From Acaryochloris marina MBIC11017 (GTDB taxonomy: Bacteria; Cyanobacteriota; Cyanobacteriia; Thermosynechococcales; Thermosynechococcaceae), in NCBI RefSeq assembly GCF_000018105.1, contig NC_009925.1:3540001-3572000 (forward strand): a stretch of 32,000 bases of DNA. The letters are read 5' to 3'. Both the position numbers and the translations under genes were made by a program. The notes under the pieces are model-generated. The model was not told the DNA's origin. It was given only the letters and a program-made list of their open reading frames with translations, and did not search any database. This document shows, one piece after another, positions 17,294 to 26,432 of this stretch (position 1 is the first letter of the stretch; each line of letters starts with the position of its first letter).

Positions 17294-17971
17294 ATGGTCA
17301 GTCTTATTGAGTTCTTTGCCGAGGTTCGCCCCATGCCACAACAGCGTGAGCCCACAATTAGCTTAGCCCTCTACCACCTGTTCAAATGGACGGTGGTCAG
17401 CCCCTCTTTACATGTTTATTTTCGGGGGCGTATTCACAATGCCGAACGGGTGCCCCAGCAAGGTCCACTCGTGGTGGTGAGTAACCATGCGAGTGACTTT
17501 GATCCACCGCTTGTATCCAACTGCATGCGTCGGCCTGTGGCATTTATGGCCAAACAGGAACTCTTTGAGGTGCCGGTTTTATCCACTTTGATTCGGTGGT
17601 ATGGTGCCTATCCTGTGAATCGCGGATCGGCAGATCGCAGTGCGATTCGGGCGGCCTTAGCCTCCTTAGACCAAGGGTGGGCTGTGGGCCTATTTTTGCA
17701 GGGCACTCGTACAGCAGATGGGCGAATTTCTAACCCCAAGCAGGGAGCCGCTTTAATTGCTAGCAAGATTCAGGCCCCTTTACTGCCGGTTTGCCTATGG
17801 GGGACTGAAAAAATTATTCCCAAAGGTCAGAAATTCCCGCGTAGTGTACCGTTAACCATCCGCATTGGAGAGCCTATTCCCCCGCCGCCTAGTCGCGATC
17901 GCACGGCACTGGCCGATGTGACTCAACACTGTGCCGATGTGATTAATGCCATGCATGATTTAGGTCGTTAA
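17294..17971 (+). CDS. plsC: 1-acyl-sn-glycerol-3-phosphate acyltransferase
   Basis: It has the HX4D motif (NHASDFDPP), FMAKQELF and LFLQGTR acyltransferase blocks. The start could alternatively be the ATG at 17333. Confidence 0.85.
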   Translation: MVSLIEFFAEVRPMPQQREPTISLALYHLFKWTVVSPSLHVYFRGRIHNAERVPQQGPLVVVSNHASDFDPPLVSNCMRRPVAFMAKQELFEVPVLSTLIRWYGAYPVNRGSADRSAIRAALASLDQGWAVGLFLQGTRTADGRISNPKQGAALIASKIQAPLLPVCLWGTEKIIPKGQKFPRSVPLTIRIGEPIPPPPSRDRTALADVTQHCADVINAMHDLGR

Positions 17972-17975
17972 CGCC

Positions 17976-18383
17976 ATGGAAAAGTGCTTTAAATCGATTC
18001 AATGGGGATTACTGTTAGGGATAACCCTCGCCATGGGTGCCTGTGGGTTGCCAGAAGCCTTCAATCAGTTTTCGCAAGAAGCCGATAATCAGTTTGGTGA
18101 TCAACATTTCAAAACAGCGATTACTTTGATTGAACTGCATAAAGTGCGGTATGGCGACTATCCCCAATCCTTGGCAGATTTGAAATATACCGGGGATTGG
18201 GATAAGCTCGCGACCCAATCTGTGAGCTATCAAAAGGTGGATGACGGTTATATCCTCAATTTAGAAAGAGGTTGGGTTGGCAAAGCAGATCTGGAATATC
18301 CGCCTGATTTTTGGCAAAACTTAGGCATTGTCGAGTCCAATGTTAAGGGGTTGCCGTCTCCTGAGCAGACACTGAAATCGTAA
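17976..18383 (+). CDS. Lipoprotein of unknown function
   Basis: 135-aa ORF with a lipobox (LLLGITLAMGAC). It starts 4 nt after the plsC stop, so it is likely co-transcribed. Confidence 0.55.
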   Translation: MEKCFKSIQWGLLLGITLAMGACGLPEAFNQFSQEADNQFGDQHFKTAITLIELHKVRYGDYPQSLADLKYTGDWDKLATQSVSYQKVDDGYILNLERGWVGKADLEYPPDFWQNLGIVESNVKGLPSPEQTLKS

Positions 18384-18467
18384 TATTCACGCTTATGTTT
18401 GGATACGACAGTCCGGGTTAAGCAAAGTTAAAATTGAACCACTTTTAAGCAGAAGGGAGAGTCCGTC

Positions 18468-18998
18468 ATGTCAGCGATGCAACGAGAAGTTCTCCAACTT
18501 GGTAATCCTAAACTGCGTCAGACAGCCTGTCCTGTGCAAAATCCCACCGATTTAGAGATTCAGTCTCTAATTGATGACTTAATTGGAACCATGGAGGAGT
18601 CCAATGGCGTTGGCATTGCTGCTCCTCAAGTAGGCATTGATTTGCAAGTAGTCATTGTGGCCTCCCGCCCCACTCTCAGATATCCTCATGCGCCTCACAT
18701 GGATCCGATTGCCATGATTAATCCCCACATCACCCCTATCGGTGCAGAGCGGGTGAAGGACTGGGAAGGCTGTTTGAGTGTACCGGGTATTCGAGGATTA
18801 GTTCCTCGTGCTTCTACCATTTCTGTTGAGTACCAAGATCGCAACGGTCAGGCCCAAACAGAAATCTTTCAGGACTTTGTGGCACGCATTATTCAGCATG
18901 AATGCGACCATTTACAGGGCTATGTGTTTATTGACAGAGTTGAATCCACTCGGGAACTTATTACCGAAAATGAGTATCACAAGCTAGTACTTTCCTAG
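18468..18998 (+). CDS. def: Peptide deformylase
   Basis: All three deformylase motifs are present: GIAAPQVG, EGCLSVPG and QHECDHLQG. An SD-like AAGGGAGAG lies upstream. Confidence 0.92.
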   Translation: MSAMQREVLQLGNPKLRQTACPVQNPTDLEIQSLIDDLIGTMEESNGVGIAAPQVGIDLQVVIVASRPTLRYPHAPHMDPIAMINPHITPIGAERVKDWEGCLSVPGIRGLVPRASTISVEYQDRNGQAQTEIFQDFVARIIQHECDHLQGYVFIDRVESTRELITENEYHKLVLS

Positions 18999-19330
18999 TT
19001 TTGGAGGCTCAAAGGTCATAAATAGTGTGCAATTTTATTCCAAAGTATAATTTTTGACGGTCATACGTTATACTCATCCAAACTTAGTTTTTCATTGAAT
19101 TCTTTTTAATTTTGAGGAATAGCGCTGCTAGCTTCAGTGCTGTGATTGAGTGATTTGTAACTCGTAATACCTAGGGTGATCACTATCACTTCTCTTTTGT
19201 CAGGAAAAATCAACAATGAAGTTGACAAAGCTACAAATGTAGTTTTGATAGCAGCATTCATCGTTCTGAGCTTTTAGAATTAGGCCATATTTGGCCAAGT
19301 TAACAAGTTTTGTTCTCCCCAAGATGATTT

Positions 19331-20728
19331 ATGAGCCATAACTCCCACTGGACACTCCGAGCCAATACGTCAATCGTGACCTTGGTGCAGCGCCTTCTGG
19401 ATCCAACATTGGCAATTTTGTTACTGGTGGTTTTGGCCCATTTTTATGCCATTGCATTTACCACTAGCCTGCAGCTCTTTGCCCTGACGGCATTTTTGCT
19501 GATTCTGCCGGTCTTTAAGTCAACAGGGATGTATCGTCCCTACCGTAGTTTGGCTGCAAGATTGCTCGCTATTCGATTGGTCCTGGGATGGTCCATTGTG
19601 ATGGGGCTGATGCTTTTCATTGGCTTTGCCACTAAGACCTCCATGATTTTTTCAAGGGCATTGATCTTGACTTGGTCTTGCAGTGTGCCAGTGGTGTTGC
19701 TCGTGGTTCACTTCTTGGTTTGGGCGATGCTCCGCCAACTGCGCATGTCTGGGCGAAATTCTAAGTCTGCGGTGATTGCTGGAGTGAATCAAGTCAGCTT
19801 GGATTTAGCCGAACAGATTCGCGAATGTAAGGATTTAGGGATTCGGCTCAGTGGTTTCTTTGATGATCAGCCGCCAGCGGAGTTACCGGATGTGCCGGTG
19901 GTGGGGAAATTATCCGAAGTTCCCGATTATGTTCGTCGACATCATATTGATGTGGTCTATCTTGCCTGTGCTGCGGATGATGAGCCGCGCTTTGCAGAAC
20001 TGATCGAGGCCCTACAAGATACGACGGCCTGTGTCTATTTCGTGCCTAGTCTGTTGATGTACAGCCTGATGCATGGTCGTTCCTACGAAATTAATGGTGT
20101 CCCTTTGATTTCGATTTGGGAGATTCCTTTCTCAGATTTGCAGTATGTCTTTAAGCGGGCGATTGATGTGGTGTTGTCTGGCTTAGCTCTGGTGGTGCTG
20201 TCTCCAGTAATGACGGTGATTGCCTTAGCTGTGAAGTTATCCTCGCCTGGCCCGATTTTGTTTAAGCAGCGTCGGTACGGCTTAAATGGCCAAGAAATCA
20301 TTGTGTATAAGTTCCGCTCCATGACGGTGATGGAAGATGGTGGTGCTGTGGTTCAGGCGACTCGTGGTGATCGTCGTATTACCCCAGTGGGTGGCTTCCT
20401 ACGCAAAACGTCTTTGGATGAACTCCCTCAATTTTTGAATGTGTGGCAAGGTCGCATGAGCCTGGTGGGACCTCGTCCCCATGCGGTGGCTCACAATGAG
20501 ATGTATCGGAAGCTCATTAGTGGTTATATGCTGCGCCATAAGGTCAAGCCTGGTATTACCGGGTGGGCTCAGGTGAATGGTTGTCGGGGTGAAACGGAAA
20601 CCTTAGACAAGATGAAGCGACGCATTGATTATGACTTGGAATACCTGAAGAACTGGTCTCTAAGCCTAGATATTCAAATTCTGTTGAAGACAGCATTTGT
20701 GTTCCTGAGAGACCAAAATGCCTACTAA
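19331..20728 (+). CDS. Polyprenyl-phosphate hexose-1-phosphate transferase (WcaJ/EpsB-type bacterial sugar transferase)
   Basis: 465-aa ORF with N-terminal TM helices and a central Rossmann-like domain. The C-terminal sugar-transferase domain has KRAIDVVLS, KFRSM, LDELPQFLNVWQGRMSLVGPRP and GITGWAQV. Confidence 0.88.
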   Translation: MSHNSHWTLRANTSIVTLVQRLLDPTLAILLLVVLAHFYAIAFTTSLQLFALTAFLLILPVFKSTGMYRPYRSLAARLLAIRLVLGWSIVMGLMLFIGFATKTSMIFSRALILTWSCSVPVVLLVVHFLVWAMLRQLRMSGRNSKSAVIAGVNQVSLDLAEQIRECKDLGIRLSGFFDDQPPAELPDVPVVGKLSEVPDYVRRHHIDVVYLACAADDEPRFAELIEALQDTTACVYFVPSLLMYSLMHGRSYEINGVPLISIWEIPFSDLQYVFKRAIDVVLSGLALVVLSPVMTVIALAVKLSSPGPILFKQRRYGLNGQEIIVYKFRSMTVMEDGGAVVQATRGDRRITPVGGFLRKTSLDELPQFLNVWQGRMSLVGPRPHAVAHNEMYRKLISGYMLRHKVKPGITGWAQVNGCRGETETLDKMKRRIDYDLEYLKNWSLSLDIQILLKTAFVFLRDQNAY

Positions 20729-20884
20729 GAATAGTCTGGTTCTATAGATTGGCCTACGGGCAGGAAACTCCTACGGTCATTCAGCGTCATAATTAGCACA
20801 TAGGAATTGTGTATCTCTTTGCTCAATACGCTCAAGCGGGCAGAGAGTTACGCCTATGATGCTGTCTCATCGTCTGGTGACTTT

Positions 20885-21745
20885 ATGAAAGATGCAGTTT
20901 CCCAGCCGCCCATTTCTAAGCGTGTTGTTGCTGCTACTACTTTAGCAACGAGTCTTGCGATCGCAACTCCAAATCCAGCCCAAGCAATTCCTCTGAGAGA
21001 TTTGATCTTCCGGGGAATTCAAGTGATTCAGCTGTCTAATCTTTCCAATCAGCAGGAACGGGAGCTAGGCGAGCAGATTCACCGTAACCTGCAAAGCCAA
21101 GGGATGCGCTTACACCAAGGGCGGACCCTAAACCGCTATGTCAATCGTATTGGCCAGCGTTTGGTGGAAGCGGGTGCCAGACGACGGAAAGTGGCCTATC
21201 GGTTTCAGGTCGTCGACGATAAACGGGTGAATGCCTTTGCCACCATGGGAGGCCGCGTTTATGTCACCACGGGCCTGATTAATACCGCAGATAATGAAGC
21301 CCAGCTGGCTAGTGTGATTGGTCATGAAATTGGCCATATTGACCGGAAGCACTTGGTCAAGCAAATTCGCAAAACCATGGTTGCTCAAGGATTAACCACA
21401 GCCATCACGGGTTCCAACCGGAGTCAAGTTGCCAATATTGGGGTTAATTTATTGGTCAGTCGCCCCCAAAGCCGGAGTGACGAATATGATGCAGATCGGG
21501 AAGGGCTGCGTATTCTGAGAGCAGCAGATTATGCTACCTCAGCCATGCCAGCATTTATGCGCAAACTAGTGTCTAGCCGATCGACTCCTACGTTCTTAAG
21601 TACACACCCCGCAGTCCCCGATCGCGTCGTGCGTCTGGAACAAGATATTCAGTCCGGTCCTAAAAATGTGTGCGATAGCAACCCCGATCTTAGAAGTTGT
21701 GGTCTCAGTGAAAGCCGCTATCGGCAACTCGTGGGCAGCCGTTAA
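20885..21745 (+). CDS. M48-family zinc metallopeptidase (secreted or periplasmic)
   Basis: It has the HExxH motif in VIGHEIGHIDRKH and the preceding NAFATMGGRVYVTTGL block. A signal-like N-terminus is present. I placed the start at the ATG at 20885. The track's 20807 is a TTG. Confidence 0.8.
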   Translation: MKDAVSQPPISKRVVAATTLATSLAIATPNPAQAIPLRDLIFRGIQVIQLSNLSNQQERELGEQIHRNLQSQGMRLHQGRTLNRYVNRIGQRLVEAGARRRKVAYRFQVVDDKRVNAFATMGGRVYVTTGLINTADNEAQLASVIGHEIGHIDRKHLVKQIRKTMVAQGLTTAITGSNRSQVANIGVNLLVSRPQSRSDEYDADREGLRILRAADYATSAMPAFMRKLVSSRSTPTFLSTHPAVPDRVVRLEQDIQSGPKNVCDSNPDLRSCGLSESRYRQLVGSR

Positions 21746-21784
21746 GGGGGACAACTATCTCTATGCCTTCAGCTTGTGACGGTC

Positions 21785-22210
21785 TTACAAAGGCTGGGTA
21801 ATCAGATCCACTCTTTGAATTTTGTTTTGATAGACTTCGGACACGAAGGCCTTGGAGCGATTCTCGTCTAGGGTTAGCTGAATCGTTTGAATCCTCAGGG
21901 ATTGAAATAAGTTCTCGTAGCTATCAATAATAGTGCTGGGTTGAAGAGAGATGCCTGCGGCTGCTATTTCTTCCGCCATTTCCTCATAAATTTCGGCTTC
22001 CTCCTCAAAGTCTTCGGTGGTTTGGTAGCGGGTTTTGAGGTTTCCTGGCGAATAGAGTTGGCAGTCTACTGCGCCTGAAGTATCTTCCCCTGCAAAGACG
22101 AGCACCTGGGCATTCAGGTTTTGGGAGAAGTCGGATACTGAGTCTAGCGGTATATATCTGCCGACATGATGGAAGATAATCACCCAGTCACTATCAATAA
22201 CTTGGACCAC
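21785..22210 (-). CDS. Hypothetical protein; the downstream part of a reading frame split by an in-frame TAA
   Basis: 141 codons with only a GTG start, no SD and no internal ATG for about 78 codons. The same frame continues upstream across a single TAA at 22238-22240. Confidence 0.45.
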   Translation of the reverse strand: MVQVIDSDWVIIFHHVGRYIPLDSVSDFSQNLNAQVLVFAGEDTSGAVDCQLYSPGNLKTRYQTTEDFEEEAEIYEEMAEEIAAAGISLQPSTIIDSYENLFQSLRIQTIQLTLDENRSKAFVSEVYQNKIQRVDLITQPL

Positions 22211-22240
22211 TGCACCAGTGGGGTCATATTGATCCGCTTA

Positions 22241-22405
22241 TTTGGTTGTGGAGGCCGTGATCGGTAAATTGTGAACCATCTCACGCTGTAACGTCTCAGC
22301 ATAGTGGTTTGAAACAGCATCCATGGGAGCGTTCACAAATAAGACAACCCATGAATAATTGCCAAAATCGCTTACATAGCCTTGAAATGTTTCGGGTCTA
22401 TCCAT
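22241..22405 (-). CDS. 55-codon ORF; the upstream part of the same split reading frame
   Basis: The ATG at 22405 lies 6 nt downstream of the stop of the 2H phosphoesterase gene. It reads MDRPETFQGYVSDFGNYSWVVLFVNAPMDAVSNHYAETLQREMVHNLPITASTTK*. It is in frame with 21785-22210: 22405 minus 22210 is 195 nt, or 65 codons. Confidence 0.4.
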
Positions 22406-22411
22406 AAAGGT

Positions 22412-22954
22412 TTAGGGCAAGGGGTTCACTTCAGCAGAATGATGATCTAAATTCCAGCAATCTAGGGTTTGCCAAGTTTCTACAGCAGTCCATTCTCCTG
22501 GTTGTTGTGGACTGACTACTGCTAGGGTATCGAAAATAAACGTTTCTTTGATCTTCAGGGCTTGAATGATGAGCTGGCGTTCGGAGGAAGTCAATTCTTT
22601 ATAGATCAAACTGATATGGGGCATAAAAGGTTTGACGGCATTCTCAGGCCACAGTTCGTAAACCTGTTCTCGTAAGGTCACCAGAGAATCGGCGAGAGAA
22701 GTGCGGATATACACGGTTCGAAATAACGTTGCACTATGGTCTAAGCCTTGATTATGCAGCTGCAAGATCGGTGTAGCCGCTGCCAGCTCCGATAGTGATG
22801 ATTGATATTGCTCAGAGACTTGGAGGCGTCCGGCAAGGGTGACATGGGGGCTAAATCTAGGGGCTTGATATTTTTCGGCCAGCTGATCGATTATGCCTTG
22901 CAAATAAGCGGCATCCTCGGGTTGAGGAACGAGCCAGAGTGAAACTTCTTGCAT
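22412..22954 (-). CDS. 2H phosphoesterase superfamily protein (cyclic phosphodiesterase / LigT-like)
   Basis: 180-aa ORF with the two diagnostic HxT/S motifs at the expected spacing: SPHVTLAG (N-terminal lobe) and MPHISLIY (C-terminal lobe). Confidence 0.7.
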   Translation of the reverse strand: MQEVSLWLVPQPEDAAYLQGIIDQLAEKYQAPRFSPHVTLAGRLQVSEQYQSSLSELAAATPILQLHNQGLDHSATLFRTVYIRTSLADSLVTLREQVYELWPENAVKPFMPHISLIYKELTSSERQLIIQALKIKETFIFDTLAVVSPQQPGEWTAVETWQTLDCWNLDHHSAEVNPLP

Positions 22955-23057
22955 GGGGGGTGTTGCTTCTTGTATGGCGTCCCCTTTTTAATGGTGAAGT
23001 CTCAGCAGAGAACAGGATATCTCTAGGGGAGGCAGAACCTTATGCGCTGGAGTTGCC

Positions 23058-24755
23058 ATGACCCATCATACTCGTCTGGTAGAGCAGTTACAGCAACTGG
23101 ATGGCAAAGGCTACAAAGCCTATAAAATCATTCGAGGCGCGTATAACTTTCCTCGATTTACCCTAAAAATTGATCGGGTACAGGGCGATCCGTTTGCTAA
23201 GCCTAGCCAATGCCGGGTCCTGATCCCCCAGAACATCGCGGGTTTTCCTGCAGCGTTATACGCCAATCATAGTCGAGCAGTGGGACTCAGGGATTTCTTA
23301 ACTCGACAGTTTCACCAGTTGGCACAACAGAGGCAGCGCCGTTCGGGCACTGGCAATAGTGGCTTGATTGCGATTACCCAGCCGGGTCCGGAAATCTTAG
23401 AGCGGACTGCAGCTTTTATTGATGACGAGCAGGTCGAGCTGCGATTTTGGGTTGGCTTGCCCGCTCGGGGCCGCCGCATCGATGGGTGGCAGGCGGCTGA
23501 TTTGCTGTGTGAACAGATTCCTCAGTTGGTGGAGGGCCTACTATATGCTCAATTGTCCACGCAACAGCTCCAGCACCATATTGATACCCACGAAGATGCT
23601 GACTGGCTGAGACAGCAACTGTCTCATCAAGGACTAGTAGCCTTTGTCGCTGATGGAGCCATCTTGCCCCGTCGAAGTGGCATTGATAGACGTCCTTTAG
23701 ATGCTGCCACCCCCTTTCAATCACCGGCATCCTTACGGGTTGAATTTCACTGTCCCCATCGTGGTGCGATTACGGGCATGGGAATTCCTGAAGGCATTAC
23801 GTTGATTGTTGGCGGTGGCTATCACGGCAAATCGACGCTGCTGAAGGCTCTAGAGCTAGGAATTTACAACCATATTCCGGTAGATGGTCGTGAGTATGTA
23901 GTCACTAACGGAGATGCGGTCAAAATTCGGGCTGAAGAAGGGCGCCCGGTGACGGGCTTAGACCTTTCTCCATTTATTAACCATCTGCCCCATCAACAGA
24001 ATACGACCCAGTTTTATACGACGAATGCTAGCGGCAGTACCTCACAAGCGGCCAATATGATCGAAGCTTTAGAGCTGGATGCAAAAGTCTTACTGATTGA
24101 CGAAGATACCACCGCCACCAATTTGATGATTCGCGATCGCAGAATGCAATCTCTAATTGCCAAAGACCAGGAACCAATCACTCCGTTCATCGATCAAATT
24201 TGCCCTCTGTATGAAGAACACGGTGTTTCCAGTATTTTGGTGATGGGCGGCAGCGGGGATTATTTTGAAGTCGCTGATACGGTGATTGCTCTAACGGCGT
24301 ATCGCCCTGAAAACGTGACAGGGCAAGCCCATGCGATCGCAGGGCAGTATCCGAGCGATCGCACCTGCGAAGCGGGACAACCCATCGGCACCCACCAACC
24401 TCGAACCCTCCATCTCAATCCATCAGCGTTGGAATGGAAAGGCCGGCCTGCCAAGGTTAAAGTCCATGAGTTACGGGAAATTATTTTAGGTCGTGAAGCC
24501 ATTGATCTAAGCTACGTCGAGCAGCTTGTGGAGTCTGGGCAACTGCGTGCGATCGCAGCCGCCATCCTTTACCTCCATCAATCTCCACCCACTGATCTGA
24601 ATTTTGCCCAAGCGATCCGAGCTATTCTGTATCAACTGTCTACAGATGGACTATCGGCCCTCAGTTCTTTCCCCGAGGGAAATTTTGTCGCGTTTCGTAG
24701 ATTTGAACTAGCCGCTGCCCTCAATCGTTGGCGTGACCTTAACCTAGAAGATTAG
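23058..24755 (+). CDS. ABC_ATPase-family protein (predicted ATPase of the ABC class, uncharacterised family)
   Basis: 565-aa ORF. The N-terminal L..LDGKGYKAYKIIRGAYNFPRFTLKIDRVQGDPFA is typical of this family. Walker A is GGGYHGKSTLL and Walker B is VLLIDEDT. Confidence 0.75.
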   Translation: MTHHTRLVEQLQQLDGKGYKAYKIIRGAYNFPRFTLKIDRVQGDPFAKPSQCRVLIPQNIAGFPAALYANHSRAVGLRDFLTRQFHQLAQQRQRRSGTGNSGLIAITQPGPEILERTAAFIDDEQVELRFWVGLPARGRRIDGWQAADLLCEQIPQLVEGLLYAQLSTQQLQHHIDTHEDADWLRQQLSHQGLVAFVADGAILPRRSGIDRRPLDAATPFQSPASLRVEFHCPHRGAITGMGIPEGITLIVGGGYHGKSTLLKALELGIYNHIPVDGREYVVTNGDAVKIRAEEGRPVTGLDLSPFINHLPHQQNTTQFYTTNASGSTSQAANMIEALELDAKVLLIDEDTTATNLMIRDRRMQSLIAKDQEPITPFIDQICPLYEEHGVSSILVMGGSGDYFEVADTVIALTAYRPENVTGQAHAIAGQYPSDRTCEAGQPIGTHQPRTLHLNPSALEWKGRPAKVKVHELREIILGREAIDLSYVEQLVESGQLRAIAAAILYLHQSPPTDLNFAQAIRAILYQLSTDGLSALSSFPEGNFVAFRRFELAAALNRWRDLNLED

Positions 24756-25129
24756 AATTGGAACCCAATTACTTTGTCTCAGCCAAAATCTGTCTCCGCT
24801 TCATGACAAAATAGAACAGGATTTTGAACATCAGCACATTACTTGGGGCAACCTCACGGCAACGCATCAGCGCTGATTGGTTGAACCCCACCGCAGATTG
24901 GGAGGCGCTAAATCCAGTGATACAAATATCAAACCATTTTTGTTCAGGATTTAATTGAAGACAACATGGGCATACTTTGAGCACTACGATTTCTCAAGCT
25001 TGCCCTTCGCAAAAGCCTGCCCCCAGATAGTTAACTCAGTGATCTTGATGGGACATACCTGCCCAGATCAGGAAGCGGGAGCTTATCTGCACTGCGACCC
25101 AAATATTCTCTCCACTCTCTTCAAAACCT

Positions 25130-26428
25130 ATGAATTCACTTGGAAGACATATCTTAGTTGAGTTTTATGGCGGTTCTGCCGAAGTCCTAAACGATGTTCT
25201 CCTAATTGAGACCAATATGTTGAGAGCAGCGAAGGAATCAGGCGCGACCATCATCACTTCCCAATTTCATCGGTTTCCACCCATCGGCGTCTCCGGCTTT
25301 ATCGTGCTCCAGGAAAGCCATTTTGCCATTCATACTTGGCCTGAGTACGGCTATGCGGCCTTGGACTTATTTACCTGTGGCATGTCCGTTAACCCCTGGA
25401 TTGCCTATGAAATCCTCAAGGAAGCCTTTCAAGCCGATCATGGCTCTGCTCTGGAGTTAAACCGAGGCCAACTCCATTTGCTGGAAACAGAAAATGTTGA
25501 CTTCAAGCGTCCCGAAGAGGTCGCTGCCTACGAATATTCGGATCCTCAGGAAAAACGCACCGTCTGGTTTACGGATCGCAATGACAATATTGCCTTATCC
25601 ATTCGACATCGAGGCGGCTGGATTTTCCGGGAAAAGTCGCCCTACCAAACCGTCGAAGTGCTCGATACCTTTGAATACGGCAAGATGCTGGTGATCGACA
25701 ATATGGTCATGTGCAGTGAAGGGGATGAAAAAGCCTATCACGAGATGATTGTCCATGTGCCCATGCTCACTTATTCCGCTCGAAAAGTGCTGGTGATTGG
25801 TGGTGGTGATGGCGGTAGCGTTCGGGAAATTTTGCGTTATCCTCAAGTTGAAGAGGTCACCCTAGTCGAAATTGATGAGGTGGTGATCAAGGCTGCTAGA
25901 GAACATCTACCCACCTTGTCTTCAGCCCTAGACCACCCCAAACTGAATCTACTGATTGGCGATGGTATCGAGTATTTAGCAGCAGCTGCCGATGAGTCCT
26001 ATGACCTGATTATTATTGATTCCTCTGACCCCGTTGGATGTTCTGCGCCCCTGTTTACCAAGGAATTTTATCTCCAGGTACACCGAGTTTTAAGCTCAGG
26101 TGGAGTTCTGGTGGCCCAAAGCGAGTCTCCCCGGTTTAATCAACCCAAATTTGTGGAACTTTATCAGGACTTAGGCGCGATTTTTGGGGCTTCTCAAATT
26201 CACTGTTATCTAGCTTTTATTTCTACTTACCCCACTGGGATGTGGAGCTTTGCCTACTGCTCCAAGAATGGTCCACATCCCCTCCAAGACTTCGACTTCC
26301 AAAAAGCCGAGCAGTTTTCCCAAGACCATCAATTGGCCTATTACAATCCTGGGATTCACCAAGCCGCTTTCTGTTTACCCACCTTTGTGAAAGACATGAT
26401 TACGGTGGAGCAGCCTGTGCTGGTCTAG
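25130..26428 (+). CDS. Fusion protein: pyruvoyl S-adenosylmethionine decarboxylase (SpeD/SpeH type) plus aminopropyltransferase (spermidine synthase type)
   Basis: Residues 1 to about 125 read [43 protein letters not shown], with the self-processing Glu-Ser site at about 25313-25318. Residues from about 140 to 432 read [33 protein letters not shown] and [17 protein letters not shown]. Confidence 0.85.
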   Translation: MNSLGRHILVEFYGGSAEVLNDVLLIETNMLRAAKESGATIITSQFHRFPPIGVSGFIVLQESHFAIHTWPEYGYAALDLFTCGMSVNPWIAYEILKEAFQADHGSALELNRGQLHLLETENVDFKRPEEVAAYEYSDPQEKRTVWFTDRNDNIALSIRHRGGWIFREKSPYQTVEVLDTFEYGKMLVIDNMVMCSEGDEKAYHEMIVHVPMLTYSARKVLVIGGGDGGSVREILRYPQVEEVTLVEIDEVVIKAAREHLPTLSSALDHPKLNLLIGDGIEYLAAAADESYDLIIIDSSDPVGCSAPLFTKEFYLQVHRVLSSGGVLVAQSESPRFNQPKFVELYQDLGAIFGASQIHCYLAFISTYPTGMWSFAYCSKNGPHPLQDFDFQKAEQFSQDHQLAYYNPGIHQAAFCLPTFVKDMITVEQPVLV

Positions 26429-26432
26429 ACCA

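Noticed and set aside
22412-22954. The idea that the 2H phosphoesterase degrades a TIR-derived cyclic ADP-ribose signal from the TIR-STAND gene
   Set aside because: The genes are about 12 kb apart and separated by more than ten housekeeping genes. Nothing in the sequence links them.
24866-24877. Perfect 12-bp palindrome ATCAGCGCTGAT about 250 bp upstream of the polyamine operon
   Set aside because: It is an isolated short palindrome with no matching half-sites nearby and no known regulator consensus that I can assign. It is too weak to call an operator.
24769-25161. Two small ORFs (71 aa on the minus strand, 68 aa on the plus strand) between the ABC_ATPase gene and the speD-speE fusion
   Set aside because: They have no RBS, overlap each other, are Cys- and Phe-rich with low complexity, and I recognise no family. 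I treat the region as the 5' region of the polyamine operon.
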